This document shows, in pieces, positions 63,784-64,000 of a DNA stretch of 64,000 nucleotides. The stretch is from Phoronis australis. Lineage: Eukaryota; Animalia; Phoronida. Numbering within the stretch: position 1 is the stretch's first letter; each line of letters starts with the position of its first letter. The DNA lies in NCBI GenBank assembly GCA_002633005.1, contig NMRA01000597.1:156970-220969 (forward strand), written 5' to 3'. Both the position numbers and the translations under genes were made by a program. The notes under the pieces are model-generated. The model was not told the origin of the DNA and made no database searches. It saw only the letters and a list, made by a program, of their open reading frames with translations.

Positions 63784-64000
63784 CATGCGCGCACCCAGGG
63801 GGGATGGGGGGCCTCGAACGAGCCCCTCCCCCACCATTTGGCGAAATGGAAAAAAGGTCCACCTCAGAGAAACAAAAAGTCCAAGAAAACTAGGCAAAAG
63901 TCCACTAGAAAGGCAGGAACTACCAAAATTCGACGAACGCACAATTGTCAGCTCTGAAAGTAGATGTTTTTTTTAGTAAAAGGTTCACATTCCCAAAAAT
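63784..64000. mobile_element. Probable left end of a hAT-like element running off the window
   Basis: CATGCGCGCACCCAGGGGGG...GGGGGCC..GCCCCTCCCCC resembles the G/C-run termini of the other hAT-like MITEs here. No partner end in the window. Confidence 0.4.

Overview
Eukaryotic (animal, probably marine invertebrate) genomic DNA, AT-rich, with GT-AG introns. I reconstructed five intact protein-coding genes by hand, with exon phases that close. They are a 2OG-Fe(II) dioxygenase of the IPNS/DIOX_N type (2 exons, minus), an intronless divergent hnRNP K-like 3xKH gene (minus), PRDM13 (3 exons, minus), RSPH3 (6 exons, minus) and adrenodoxin FDX1 (4 exons, plus). RSPH3 and FDX1 sit head-to-head with 477 bp between start codons and an RFX X-box-like site. 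The first ~26 kb is mostly nested transposon debris: a decayed THAP gene, a CACTG-ended element, hAT-like MITEs with 5-bp and 8-bp TSDs, TTAA-flanked Kolobok-like elements, LINE remnants and a degenerate ~170-bp tandem array. Two 1.4-1.7 kb tandem duplications joined by a single N are probably assembly artefacts. I found no clearly novel multi-gene system. The best leads are the hnRNP K retrogene candidate, the dioxygenase, the shared RSPH3/FDX1 promoter, an E-box cluster upstream of PRDM13, a minimal hammerhead ribozyme motif and arrays of CTCF-like motifs. All homology calls come from recalled motifs, not database searches.
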